From positions 32,001 through 96,000 of the forward strand of contig JAOPTW010000006.1 of the NCBI GenBank assembly GCA_051532035.1: a stretch of 64,000 bases of DNA, given 5' to 3'. The position numbers were made by a program, and so were the translations under genes. The stretch comes from Fibrobacterales bacterium (GTDB lineage Bacteria > Fibrobacterota > Fibrobacteria > Fibrobacterales > JAOPTW01). Numbering within the stretch: position 1 is the stretch's first letter; each line of letters starts with the position of its first letter. This document shows, in pieces, positions 19,485-30,032 of the stretch. The notes under the pieces were generated by a model. The model saw only the letters and a list, made by a program, of their open reading frames with translations, made no database searches and was not told the DNA's origin.

Positions 19485-21794
19485 CTATGGCGTAGTTGCA
19501 GAGTCAATACGTATATCCACACTATCACTGGTAGAGCTCGACACTTGTTGTTCAAGTATCTCTACTGCCTTTAAAGAGTCCTGAATAGCTTTTAACTGTA
19601 GAGTATCAAGCTCTAATGTATCCCGGCCTCCATATCTATAGAGATTTATATTCTTCTCAAAATTCACTTTTCCATCACGTTTTTCAAGATCATCCAAATC
19701 TCTTTGTAGATCAACGCCAAAGTCTTCAGGATTTTGAATGTAGGGAGTGATATAGATAACCAATTCTGTGGTCTCCTCTGCCTCCATCTTATGAGAAAAG
19801 AGAGAACCGAGAAAAGGAATTGAGCCTAGAAAAGGGAGGTAATCATTTGAAATTGTCTTCTTTGACTGAATCAAACCTCCAAGCATAATAGTCTGCTTAT
19901 TAAGGAGTGTCACCGTTGTCTCAAGGCTTCTCGTACTGATATCCGGCGTCCCACTCCCAGACCCACCTGTTGATGTTTTAATCTGAGGACTGATATCAAG
20001 AGTAATTTGGCCCCCATTAGTCACAAAAGGAGTAATGGAGAGAGTAATACCATCGTTAAATGCTTTATAGTCATTATTTACAACGCCACTCGTTGCATTA
20101 GTTGATGAAACTTCACGAAAGGTGGTATTCGTTACTTTGATAGATGCTTTATTACCATTAAGCGTGGTAATTTTGGGCATTGCCAAAACCTTAGCCTTTT
20201 GATCATTCTCTTTTGCCATGAGTTGATAATAAAACTTTGAGTTTAAGAACCCAATCCCCATAGTTGCATCGCCAAGGTCTTTAATGGATACTTTATTTTG
20301 GTTCAGAGGGTTGCCCTCTTTTGCAAAATCAAGCATACCATACAGTCCTGGAATGCTATCAGATGCTCCTGCACGGGACGGTTTAATTCCAAATTCTTCG
20401 CCATTGCCCCGTTTGTACTCGACAATCACGCACTCAAGCAGCACCTGAGGAATAGGAACATCCACAATATCGAGATATTTTTTAACACTCTCAATTTCAC
20501 TGGTTGTCCCCATTATGAGTATGGCATTGTGCTCTTTAATAATGGTAATATTGGTCTTTGAAATTGACTTAGGGAGTATCTTGGTTATATTCTCCGATTT
20601 CAAATGTTTCAGAGAATACATCTCATAGGAGGTGAGAATTTTTCCTGCAGGTGTTTTAGGGTCTTTGGATCCAACTAACAGCGTTCCTTGCTCAGTTATT
20701 AAATAGGTATATTTTGAACCTTTCAGAAGCATTGAGATTGCTTCTGCCAGTGGTAGTTTTTTGAGACTTGCATTGATCGACTCTCTGATGTTACCAAAAA
20801 AGACTATGTTAATCTCTGATTCAGAAGCGATAGTTTTAAGAACATCTGCAAGATCTGCATTTTCTAGGCTTACCGAGACACTGTCATCAACAACATCAAT
20901 TTCAAGGCGACTTCCACCTGCATTTGGCAGTCCTCCACTTGGAGCACGTCCTCGTTTGCCCTCTACAGCCCCACCACTCACGATGTAAAAACCATTTCTC
21001 TTCCGCACCTTATAATTATGAGCAGTCATAAGCGCTTTAAAACCTTCGAGAGGCAGTTGATTTTTCCAGCTCCCAGTAACTTTCCCTTCGAGGTCCTTAC
21101 CAGCTAAAATATTGAGGCCCGTCTTTTTAGTAAACGTCTTAATGAATTTTTTAATACTCTGATTCTGAACATCGAGATCCATCTTTTTTCGTTTCATCTT
21201 GAGAAGTTCAATAGTCACTTCTGTCGCATTCGAAATGCGATAAATCGACCCTTCCCGAAGCAACTCCAAATTATTCGCACGACAAATTGCCGACAACCCC
21301 TCTACTACACCGACATCCTCGAGGTGAATAGAGACTTGAACCGAAACATCATTATCAATAATTATGCTGTATCCATAGGCAATAGAGATAGTCCGAGCAA
21401 CTTCACGGATATCACTATCAACAAAATCAATAGTCATCACATCAACATCTTCTTGAACAGCTCCTTTCTTTAAAAGAGTTGTGGGGTCATTTTTTGTAAT
21501 GCCTCTCGAAATAGATTTATTAACCCGTACACTATTCGCAGGAACGGCACTCTTTTTTCTTCCTGACCCATGAGGATATGTTGGCTTACGCACCGAAGAG
21601 GTTGATCGTGAAGGAGCTATCGCTCCACCATTTTGACTACGTTTTGCCTGTAACCGTTTACGATAAAGTTTTTGCACCTCTTGAGGTGAAAGAGTCTTAA
21701 GCTCCTCTTCAGTAAAAAGTTCACGAACGCCTTGAGAAAAACCCAGGGTACAAGCAAGAGCCAAGCAGATTACAACAACCTTAAAATTTACCAT
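19485..21794 (-). CDS. Secretin (GspD/PilQ family)
   Basis: Signal peptide from ATG 21794, repeated N-domains and a secretin core (PQVLLECVIVE, AMPKITTLNG, LPFLGSIPFLGSLF). Confidence 0.92.
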   Translation of the reverse strand: MVNFKVVVICLALACTLGFSQGVRELFTEEELKTLSPQEVQKLYRKRLQAKRSQNGGAIAPSRSTSSVRKPTYPHGSGRKKSAVPANSVRVNKSISRGITKNDPTTLLKKGAVQEDVDVMTIDFVDSDIREVARTISIAYGYSIIIDNDVSVQVSIHLEDVGVVEGLSAICRANNLELLREGSIYRISNATEVTIELLKMKRKKMDLDVQNQSIKKFIKTFTKKTGLNILAGKDLEGKVTGSWKNQLPLEGFKALMTAHNYKVRKRNGFYIVSGGAVEGKRGRAPSGGLPNAGGSRLEIDVVDDSVSVSLENADLADVLKTIASESEINIVFFGNIRESINASLKKLPLAEAISMLLKGSKYTYLITEQGTLLVGSKDPKTPAGKILTSYEMYSLKHLKSENITKILPKSISKTNITIIKEHNAILIMGTTSEIESVKKYLDIVDVPIPQVLLECVIVEYKRGNGEEFGIKPSRAGASDSIPGLYGMLDFAKEGNPLNQNKVSIKDLGDATMGIGFLNSKFYYQLMAKENDQKAKVLAMPKITTLNGNKASIKVTNTTFREVSSTNATSGVVNNDYKAFNDGITLSITPFVTNGGQITLDISPQIKTSTGGSGSGTPDISTRSLETTVTLLNKQTIMLGGLIQSKKTISNDYLPFLGSIPFLGSLFSHKMEAEETTELVIYITPYIQNPEDFGVDLQRDLDDLEKRDGKVNFEKNINLYRYGGRDTLELDTLQLKAIQDSLKAVEILEQQVSSSTSDSVDIRIDSATTP

Positions 21795-21923
21795 GTAATA
21801 CTCATTAGTAGAGAGATGTATTTTCAGTGAAAATGTACCAAAAATACCGTCAAATATCACGTAAATGGTTGAATTTTAAGAGGTTATGGCGGGTATTTTA
21901 CAGCAAATATACACGAGCCCCTC

Positions 21924-23396
21924 TTAACGAAGAAGGACTCGTTCAATTTCTGAAATAGAGGTGAGGTTTTGTTTCAGTTTACTGAGCCCATCTTCAATCA
22001 TAGAGTCATAGGATGCTCGTTTTCTAATATCGACCTCACTGGCCGTTTCCGAAATAATGTCCTTAATCTCTTGAGTAATTTCGAGCAATTCAAATACTGC
22101 TAATCGTCCACTATACCCTGTGTGATCACATCGTTCGCACCCTACCGCCTGCGGTACTTCTGCCGGAACATTGGGCACTACTGATTTGATATACTCAGAG
22201 CTCTCAATCATGGCATAACAGTGAGGGCACAGTTTACGGACAAGTCGTTGTGCAAGTACACACAATACTGAACTTCCAATTAAAAAAGATGGGATATTAA
22301 GGTCGACCAAACGAGTTATTGCAGATATAGAATCGTTTGTATGGAGGGTAGAAAGTACCAAGTGCCCCGTTTGCGCTGCTTGAACTGCAATCTGAGCTGT
22401 TTCGGTATCACGAATCTCGCCCAGAAGAATCACGTCAGGGTCTTGACGAAGGAGTGACCTGAGCACTGACGAAAATGTGAGCCCCGCCTTTTCATTTACC
22501 TGTACCTGATTCGCACCTTTGAGGTGATACTCAATAGGGTCTTCAATAGTGGTAATATTAATTTCTTTATTAATAACATGTTGCAGACCAGCAAATAAGG
22601 TCGATGATTTACCAGACCCCGTTGGACCTGTTACAAAAATCATTCCTTGGGGGCGAGTAAAAAAGAACTGTAACCGTTCAAGAACATAGTCGGACATTCC
22701 CAAGTTTTCGAGCTGCTTGAGGGTATCCATATACTTGAGAATCCTAAGCACTATCTTCTCACCAAACTTAGTGGGGAGTGAACTGACCCGCATATCGATC
22801 TCTTCACCATGATAATTCCATTTAATTCGACCATCCTGAGGAAGCCGTTTCTCTGAAATATCGAGTTCTGCCAAAATTTTTAGACGTGAAATGAGTGCGG
22901 CTCTTACCCAACTCGGAAGCTCTAAACTTTTACGGAGCATCCCATCTTTTCTAAACCGTACGACCACTTCATTTTCAAGAGATTCAATATGTATGTCAGT
23001 GGCACCCTGCTCGATACCCTGATTAATAAGGTTATTTGCGAGATTGATTACTGGTTGTGATTGACTATGTTTTTTAATTTCATCAATATCACTACTCTCA
23101 TCGTCAAAATTGATCTCTGCCTCATCAAGATTTTGCAGTAAAGAGTCGTTTGAGGTACTCTTTGATTTTGAGTCAGAAAGAAGGTCATCAATTTCGCTCT
23201 CTTCAGTGAGTTTAGGACGAACAATATGACCGGTCTTAAAATAGACCGCAGAAAATAGAAGTTCATCAAACTCATTTATAACGGCAAGGTCAATGAATGA
23301 ATCCTCAAACTTTAAAGGATAACATTTATGCTCTCTACAAAATTTTAGCCCCAGTGAGGCAACGATACTTTTTTTCTCTTCACTCATACATTCCAA
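21924..23396 (-). CDS. GspE/PilB assembly ATPase
   Basis: ATDIHIE, RLPQDGR, GPTGSGKS, TIEDPIEY, LRQDPDVILLGEIRD and a tetra-Cys motif. Confidence 0.95.
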   Translation of the reverse strand: MECMSEEKKSIVASLGLKFCREHKCYPLKFEDSFIDLAVINEFDELLFSAVYFKTGHIVRPKLTEESEIDDLLSDSKSKSTSNDSLLQNLDEAEINFDDESSDIDEIKKHSQSQPVINLANNLINQGIEQGATDIHIESLENEVVVRFRKDGMLRKSLELPSWVRAALISRLKILAELDISEKRLPQDGRIKWNYHGEEIDMRVSSLPTKFGEKIVLRILKYMDTLKQLENLGMSDYVLERLQFFFTRPQGMIFVTGPTGSGKSSTLFAGLQHVINKEINITTIEDPIEYHLKGANQVQVNEKAGLTFSSVLRSLLRQDPDVILLGEIRDTETAQIAVQAAQTGHLVLSTLHTNDSISAITRLVDLNIPSFLIGSSVLCVLAQRLVRKLCPHCYAMIESSEYIKSVVPNVPAEVPQAVGCERCDHTGYSGRLAVFELLEITQEIKDIISETASEVDIRKRASYDSMIEDGLSKLKQNLTSISEIERVLLR

Positions 23397-23408
23397 AATA
23401 CAAATTAA

Positions 23409-24020
23409 TTACTCTATATCCAAATCAAGAGCCTCGATATCGATACGCTCCTGAATTTGATTACGGATAAAAAAACGGGATTCATACTTCCTATTTCGTG
23501 GGCCATAGGTAAACCGTACAAAAAGGGTGCGTACTTTATTGAGTTCACTCCCCTCAAGGAGGCCCGACATATCTTCATCTAACTCATCTTGAGTTATTAT
23601 TCCATCACCATCAGAATCCAGCTCAAAAATCTCTTCTCCATCGTGCTCTTCATCGAGATGTTTACCTTCAACGCCACAAGCGACTTCAGAAAGTGCACTA
23701 GGAAACAAAGGGCGATCATCATAAAAAATCATAGTGTCATTCCACGATAGCTTGTGCTGAAGCCCTCGTATATCCCGATAATAGATAACAGCTTCAGAAG
23801 CAACAATCACACCCTTACCATAGGCTATTGATTGTTCAACACTGCCCCACCGGCTCTCAATAGCTAAATGATAGTCCTGCGCTTCTTTTTTGCCTTTTGT
23901 CACTCCATAGGAACTCGTATACACACCATAGGCTAGGGTCATTAAAATAGAAATGACAACCATTGTTACCATTAACTCTATAATAGTAATACCGCTCTGT
24001 ACCTTGCGAGAACTATACAT
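23409..24020 (-). CDS. Minor (pseudo)pilin, PilW/GspJ-like, with EF-hand-like loops
   Basis: Class III signal G|ITIIELMV; DSDGDGIITQDE and DEDMSGLLEGSE loops. Confidence 0.8.
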   Translation of the reverse strand: MYSSRKVQSGITIIELMVTMVVISILMTLAYGVYTSSYGVTKGKKEAQDYHLAIESRWGSVEQSIAYGKGVIVASEAVIYYRDIRGLQHKLSWNDTMIFYDDRPLFPSALSEVACGVEGKHLDEEHDGEEIFELDSDGDGIITQDELDEDMSGLLEGSELNKVRTLFVRFTYGPRNRKYESRFFIRNQIQERIDIEALDLDIE

Positions 24021-24490
24021 TAGTTGTCCCTCACCACTTCAACATTCATGATAAGACGCAAATCACCCTCTTCAATGTAGTCAAGGTCAACATCTTCTAA
24101 GGCCTCTTCAAAATCGCTTTCTTCTGGTTCATACCGATAAACCCCATACCGTATCTCTTTGGGCCGCTTATAGAGTCGATCAACATCATCCATCTCCCAT
24201 GTATAGAGATCTGCCATACTATCTATTGCGACAGTATCAACAACCTGTTGCCGAAGTATCAGTTTGTGAGTCGTATCAACAACCCATAGCGAATCAACCA
24301 GCGGTAGATCTGGATTCGCTAACACATACTCTACTCTATTGTGCAGATGAGAAAATGCTATCAACTGACCGTATGAACGGTGCTCCATCACAGCACTATT
24401 AACAAATATTACATTAACACCAGCAAGACCAATACTAAGAAGTGCTATTGCTACTAAGACTTCAACGAGAGTGAATCCTTTATTCATCAT
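24020..24490 (-). CDS. Minor (pseudo)pilin, PilV/GspI-like
   Basis: MMNKG|FTLVEVLVAIALL prepilin cleavage motif. Confidence 0.85.
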   Translation of the reverse strand: MMNKGFTLVEVLVAIALLSIGLAGVNVIFVNSAVMEHRSYGQLIAFSHLHNRVEYVLANPDLPLVDSLWVVDTTHKLILRQQVVDTVAIDSMADLYTWEMDDVDRLYKRPKEIRYGVYRYEPEESDFEEALEDVDLDYIEEGDLRLIMNVEVVRDN

Positions 24491-25964
24491 ACTCCTCTTC
24501 ATCCGTATCAGAGTCTGTATTACCAATGCTCACCGCATCAACTTCACCATCTTTTATCCACTGAGCCATCACAAAGTTACTCTGGTCTCCCTTAAATTTC
24601 ATGTCTATGGGTTGATAAAAGGTACCAAGGGTGAGGCGATCTATCGTTCCATTTCCAAAACAGTGCATCTGACCATCACAAGACATACTTTTTGCTACAA
24701 CACTTCCAACCACATCGGTACTGTTCTCAACAAAACCTTTTGCAAAGACAACCCCTGTAACCTGAGCGCCCTGGCTGAGAAAAATATTTCCTGCAGGTTC
24801 GGAAATATTTCGACCGTTTGCCGTACTGATGAGCATTCCGTGTGCTGTTGCACCTTCTGTAACATAGAGTGACCCCATGCCCTGACCAGCCTCAACAACA
24901 GTACCCGCGGTCATTACAACAGAATTATTTATAACAGCTGCACTATCATTGAGCACTACATCACCCTCAGCCATTACGAGCCCTTGAATATGAGTTGTAT
25001 CATTCAACTCAATACGCTCTTTTGAATAGAGGGTTACATTTGATCCTCGTACTCCTTCAGAGAGTACAATAGAGCCCGATGCAACCAATGTAATATTCGA
25101 AAGATCAATCATGCCTTCTACTGTTGCCGTTCCCTCGACAAAAATATGAGTAACAGTCTGAGGCTTCACCACGCCATCATCACCGACGTCAATGGTAAGA
25201 TCACCTTCTGGGATGATTATTTTTTTAAGACCTTTAAAGTCCTCCAAACGAGAATAGCTGGTAGGCGAACCAAAAATATCTTCATTGTCACCCAATGCTT
25301 CATTAAATGCTCTTTTATAATACATGAGCTTTGAACCAGCATAACCCAACACCCCCTTTGTAATACGACCTACTTTTGTTGCATTGGCTTTATGGTCACC
25401 ATCTACATTTTTACCCATACTTGCATAAGCGCCTTCGACCGATGATTCTGAATAATCCTGTAACGCTGTATCACCAGTAATGATAAGTGCATGATCAAAG
25501 TAAGAACTCAACTCATTTCCATAGTGGATCGTAAGAGATACGGATACTCCTTCATATTCTGCAGTGGTACTATAGCGCAACCACATACCTACAGTATCTG
25601 ACGCTACTTCGGGTAACACCTCTTTACTACTGACTAAAATACGGTGCATATCAGTGCCAATATTGGCCAGAGAAGTATCAGGAGCATACCCCTTGGTACC
25701 GACAACAATACTGTCTCCATCTAAAGTATCTACAACAGGTTTTGCTTCGGAGTCATCGTATTTTTGTAAAACAATGGCACTCTCTGCCATCATCAATGCT
25801 TTATACTTGCGATACTTAGGAAGCCAAGGGCTCGCCATAAGAGAACTCTTAAGTAACGAGACACTTAAGATAGTAATGATTGAAATTATAAGAAGTACTG
25901 CAGGGATTGCGCTCCCACGCTGATATTCTATCGATAAACTCTGACAACGCTCGAGCGGTTGCAT
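24480..25964 (-). CDS. PilX/GspK-like large minor pilin with a beta-helix-like C-terminus
   Basis: RG|SAIPAVLLIISIITIL lacking E5; Gly/Val repeat-rich C-terminal half. Confidence 0.65.
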   Translation of the reverse strand: MQPLERCQSLSIEYQRGSAIPAVLLIISIITILSVSLLKSSLMASPWLPKYRKYKALMMAESAIVLQKYDDSEAKPVVDTLDGDSIVVGTKGYAPDTSLANIGTDMHRILVSSKEVLPEVASDTVGMWLRYSTTAEYEGVSVSLTIHYGNELSSYFDHALIITGDTALQDYSESSVEGAYASMGKNVDGDHKANATKVGRITKGVLGYAGSKLMYYKRAFNEALGDNEDIFGSPTSYSRLEDFKGLKKIIIPEGDLTIDVGDDGVVKPQTVTHIFVEGTATVEGMIDLSNITLVASGSIVLSEGVRGSNVTLYSKERIELNDTTHIQGLVMAEGDVVLNDSAAVINNSVVMTAGTVVEAGQGMGSLYVTEGATAHGMLISTANGRNISEPAGNIFLSQGAQVTGVVFAKGFVENSTDVVGSVVAKSMSCDGQMHCFGNGTIDRLTLGTFYQPIDMKFKGDQSNFVMAQWIKDGEVDAVSIGNTDSDTDEEEYDE

Positions 25965-25966
25965 AG

Positions 25967-26428
25967 TTATTTCAATGAAAGAGTAAAGGTACCAGCGGGC
26001 CCTTTAAAGGATGCCGTTGTCCCTGTTATACTCTCTAAGGTAGCGCCTTCAAGGGAATCACCAATTTTTAAGACTGAAACGCGGCCATCACGGTCTGTTA
26101 CCGTAGCCGCTCTATTTGCAACCATACCAGTAATGGTGTAATCTCGAAGTGCTGATGGTTCAATTGTAGACTTTTCTACTTTATTAGAACGTTTTTTACG
26201 ACCCTTGCTACCGCCCCTCCCACTAAAGGGATTACGATATTTAGCAACTGCTTTTGTATTTTTATTTTTCAGAGAAGCCACATAGTCAGTCCAAGTGTCA
26301 ATATCGACCTTTGTATAGACCGGTGCCGTAGCTTTACCAGTTAGTGCATGTAAATTAGGAAAACTCAGCTTTTTTATGGCTAACACTAAACAAATCACAA
26401 TTATCAGATAACTCAATTTCCTATTCAT
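25967..26428 (-). CDS. PilP/GspC-like alignment protein
   Basis: N-terminal TM, RNPF motif and ITG...LKIGDSLEG beta domain; cluster position. Confidence 0.55.
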   Translation of the reverse strand: MNRKLSYLIIVICLVLAIKKLSFPNLHALTGKATAPVYTKVDIDTWTDYVASLKNKNTKAVAKYRNPFSGRGGSKGRKKRSNKVEKSTIEPSALRDYTITGMVANRAATVTDRDGRVSVLKIGDSLEGATLESITGTTASFKGPAGTFTLSLK

Positions 26429-26430
26429 AA

Positions 26431-26967
26431 CTACTTCTTTAAATACTCAATGTGCATTCCAGAGATGGCATACTTCCCCTTCTTCTTTTTAATTGAGAAT
26501 CGAGTAACCACCGAGAGTGGTCGCTTCGTCTCTATAGCATAGAGATACCGAATAAAATATCGATAAGATCCTGTCAATGAAAGAGAAACCACATGGTGAT
26601 TACTCCCTTCTACTGGTTTACTACTTTCTTTGACTTTTTGTACGGTAAGTCCTATTTTTTCTGCAAGCTTTCGAAAGCCCTTTTCAGAATAGCCTGGAAC
26701 ACTATCACCGACAACACGACCATCGAGTAGGGTGTACGCCTCATCCAATATAATGATTTGACTATCGAGTGTGTTAATCTGTTGAGTGAACCACTCTTCA
26801 GAGAATGTCTGTGCAGAAAGGGTTGCAATCTCTTTTCTTGTCTGCTCTACATTTTGAAGCATGGGATAAAAAATAAATTGGTACGAGAGAAGGAGCAGTG
26901 CAATAGGGAGTACTATTTTTGCGAGAAACCACTGCTCTTCGGCCCAGAATGCTTTTAAATCACTCAT
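26431..26967 (-). CDS. PilO/GspM-like protein
   Basis: TM, coiled coil and a ferredoxin-like C-terminus (LSLTGSYRYFIRYL). Confidence 0.6.
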   Translation of the reverse strand: MSDLKAFWAEEQWFLAKIVLPIALLLLSYQFIFYPMLQNVEQTRKEIATLSAQTFSEEWFTQQINTLDSQIIILDEAYTLLDGRVVGDSVPGYSEKGFRKLAEKIGLTVQKVKESSKPVEGSNHHVVSLSLTGSYRYFIRYLYAIETKRPLSVVTRFSIKKKKGKYAISGMHIEYLKK

Positions 26968-28280
26968 TATTTGACCTCCAAAATAACTTGTGCAGAAACG
27001 GGCCCTTTAGAAGTCTTCTTTTTACTACCAATTGCGCTCAATACAAATATTTCGCTGGCAGAAACTTTCTCTTCAAACCGCGTTAATGCATCCCATGAAG
27101 GAACAAAAAGTTGAAACTTGATCTCTCTTCTATCACCTTGAGTAATCGTTTTTATAGAGCGCACTTTCCCTCTTCTGGGGATCATACGTGACATAGAGTT
27201 GAGATACCCGCTCCATGCAATAGGTTGTAGTACTCGTTTTTTTCGATCACTAATTTTTGTCAGCAATTCATTAACTTTTGTTTGTGTCGAATCGAGTCGA
27301 GAAACTTGAGCGGTGTAGACCTCTGACTGTTGCAAGAGAATTGCTTTTTCCCCATCAAGACTATTCTGTACAATAATAAGTGCACCACACATCACGCCCA
27401 CAATGAGTACAATCACTTGTATAGCAGAAATGAGTGTCATACTATTCCGAGAATTAATTGCAGCTCTTTTTTCAGAGTCAGTTTGAATATTGAGTTGACT
27501 CGCAAAGTCGGACTGTGCTAATTTTGATAGCCCATCAGTTACCAACTCTTCTACAGTTTTTGCCGCAGGGCGACGTATTTCAACTTCACTGAGTGAAACA
27601 TCAGGGAGCATATCCTGAAATATATAACATTTCCAAGGACCATGACTTTTGTGGAAGGCGTCATTTTTCAAAAACAGTACGAGACGATCGAGTCGTTGAG
27701 AAACATGCTCATCCGAAACATAGGGCTCTTTTACAAAATAAGAGAGCGCACCTCCAGTATAAACCGCTACAAGGAGCGCATTGTCAAATGCAATTGCCAC
27801 AATGCAATCACCCTCTCCTTCAGCCATAAACTCTTCACCAATACCGACACTAAATAATTCAATCGGTAAGCTTACATCTTGAAACGAGAGTGGAGCACCC
27901 TTGTGTTCACTTGCATGAACCACTAGGATTCGATGGTGAGTCCCGGCATTCGAATCGTGTGTCGAAATATAATAGGTTCTAAAAAGGTCAAATGTCTTTT
28001 CTGGAAAATTGCTTTTTAGATGATCTTCTATATGATATTCATCGAGAAACTCATTATATGGAGTAATAATTTCACATATGAGATATTCACATCCGTGAAC
28101 TGCGGTAACAACAGAGTGATAATGGCTTAAAAAAGAGTAGCCTGCCTTCTCTTTTGCTCGAGAAATATGCTTTAACCACCGACTATGTGTCGGTTCGCTG
28201 CATAAAGCATCGCTTACATATATGAGAGTATCTTTTGAAAACATATGGTTCCTGAGACAAAAATACAAATAAATGTCCAT
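26967..28280 (-). CDS. GspL-like / PilM-PilN fusion protein
   Basis: Cytoplasmic N-domain, single TM, coiled coil, then a PilN-like WSGYLNSMSRMIP segment. Confidence 0.55.
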   Translation of the reverse strand: MDIYLYFCLRNHMFSKDTLIYVSDALCSEPTHSRWLKHISRAKEKAGYSFLSHYHSVVTAVHGCEYLICEIITPYNEFLDEYHIEDHLKSNFPEKTFDLFRTYYISTHDSNAGTHHRILVVHASEHKGAPLSFQDVSLPIELFSVGIGEEFMAEGEGDCIVAIAFDNALLVAVYTGGALSYFVKEPYVSDEHVSQRLDRLVLFLKNDAFHKSHGPWKCYIFQDMLPDVSLSEVEIRRPAAKTVEELVTDGLSKLAQSDFASQLNIQTDSEKRAAINSRNSMTLISAIQVIVLIVGVMCGALIIVQNSLDGEKAILLQQSEVYTAQVSRLDSTQTKVNELLTKISDRKKRVLQPIAWSGYLNSMSRMIPRRGKVRSIKTITQGDRREIKFQLFVPSWDALTRFEEKVSASEIFVLSAIGSKKKTSKGPVSAQVILEVK

Positions 28281-28404
28281 TTAAGAGTAGATTAATAGCG
28301 TCCTTAAATGAGTTATTGCAGGATACTCTTTTATAATTCAACCCTCACTCCTCAAAGATAATAGTATCTTTTGCTCAGTACGCTCAGTAAAGGCTCTTCA
28401 GCTC

Positions 28405-29394
28405 ATGTTGTTTAAACGGGCATTTTTCAAGTCCAAGCATAAATCTCCCCCTGAAATGCTCTATGAGAGTGCTCCAGACTGGTCTGACCTTGGTTTTGAT
28501 GAGACATTTTATCAGGAACGGCCCAGGCGTTTCCTCAATAAAGATGGAAGTTTTAATGTTTTGAAAAAGGGCCGCTCATTTCTCCAGACTCTTCATCTCT
28601 ACCATTCACTCCTGATTATGAGCTGGACACACTTCTACATCACCATTTTTTCAGTATTTGTAGCTATTAATTTTATTTTTGCCCTCCTCTTTTTTATGTG
28701 TGGTACACATGCAATTCATGGAGTCGACTATTCTGGCTCAGCTACAACCCTCCGAGACTGTTTCTTTTTTAGTGTACAGAGTTTTACCACGGTTGGCTAT
28801 GGACAACTCTTCCCCGAGTCCCTCAATGCGAATATGCTTGCCACCCTCTCTTCATTAGTTGGCTTACTCAGTTTTGCTCTTGCAACAGGGATATTCTATG
28901 CCCGATTCTCTCGCCCCGTTACTATGGTTCAATTTAGTACTCACGCTTTGATCTCACCGTATAAAGGTCAGAATGCCTTTATCTTTCGCCTCGCAAATGG
29001 AAGAGCGGAGAGTGAGCTCCTCAATGTACGCATTAAAGTGGTCATGACATGGCTTGAAGATGCGGGCGAGCATACCACTCGACGATTTAAAACATTAAAG
29101 TTAGTACGAAATCAAGTAGCCTTTATGCCAGCGGTTTGGACAATTATACATCCCGTTAACCAAGAGAGCCCACTGGCAGGAAAAAGTAAAGAACAACTTG
29201 AAGCTGCAGATGTGGAGTTTCTCATTACCCTTAATGCTTTTGATGAAACCTTTTCTCAAACAGTCTATAAACGTTCATCCTACAAATGGTATGAGATAAT
29301 GTGGAATAGTAATTTCACTGATATGATATCAAGTACCCCAAATGGCCTTGTAGAAGTTGACCTCAGTAAGATTGACCAATGGGAAGTCATATGA
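28405..29394 (+). CDS. Inward-rectifier K+ channel (KirBac-like)
   Basis: FFFSVQSFTTVGYG selectivity filter, ARFSRP, FRLAN and WTIIHPVNQESPL. Confidence 0.93.
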   Translation: MLFKRAFFKSKHKSPPEMLYESAPDWSDLGFDETFYQERPRRFLNKDGSFNVLKKGRSFLQTLHLYHSLLIMSWTHFYITIFSVFVAINFIFALLFFMCGTHAIHGVDYSGSATTLRDCFFFSVQSFTTVGYGQLFPESLNANMLATLSSLVGLLSFALATGIFYARFSRPVTMVQFSTHALISPYKGQNAFIFRLANGRAESELLNVRIKVVMTWLEDAGEHTTRRFKTLKLVRNQVAFMPAVWTIIHPVNQESPLAGKSKEQLEAADVEFLITLNAFDETFSQTVYKRSSYKWYEIMWNSNFTDMISSTPNGLVEVDLSKIDQWEVI

Positions 29395-29996
29395 TTAAGG
29401 CTGTCATTTACGACTGGGGTGGTGTTATCTGTGTCAATCCTGCACCACAGTTTCTCACTGCTTGCAGTACTGCACTCGGTGTAGAAGAAGCACGCTTACA
29501 ACCACTTCTTACACACTATATTGACCCTTTTCAAAAAGGTGAAATCACCGAAGAAGCCCTTTGGAAAAGCATCTGTTCTGAACTCCATATTAAAAACTAC
29601 GATTGGACGCAACCTCTCTGGCGGCCAGCTTTTGAAAGCTTTTATACCCCACAACAACAGGTTATTGACTCTGCCAAAACATTAAAATCTCTCGGATACA
29701 AAATAGGCTTTCTCAGTAATACTGAAGTTCCCGCCATGGAACTCCATCTCTCACTCGGTTATGATTTTTTTGACGCTCGAGTATTTTCATGTGTTGAAGG
29801 GATCATAAAACCCCTAGGCGACATTTACTCTCTGATTGCAGAGCGACTAGGACTCTCTTCTGAAGAGTGTATTATGATTGATGACAAATCAGAAAACATT
29901 GTAGGTGCCCAAGCTGCTGGTATGAGCGGTATACTGTTTTCCAGTGAGTCACAGTATCTTAGCGAGATTGCGTCACTGCTTAATCTCACTCTATAA
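29391..29996 (+). CDS. HAD family hydrolase (YihX-like phosphatase)
   Basis: IKAVIYDWGGV, LSNT, KP and IDDKSEN motifs. Confidence 0.88.
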   Translation: MIKAVIYDWGGVICVNPAPQFLTACSTALGVEEARLQPLLTHYIDPFQKGEITEEALWKSICSELHIKNYDWTQPLWRPAFESFYTPQQQVIDSAKTLKSLGYKIGFLSNTEVPAMELHLSLGYDFFDARVFSCVEGIIKPLGDIYSLIAERLGLSSEECIMIDDKSENIVGAQAAGMSGILFSSESQYLSEIASLLNLTL

Positions 29997-30032
29997 TTAC
30001 TGTAACACCTTATTGATACTTGTAAAGAACGA

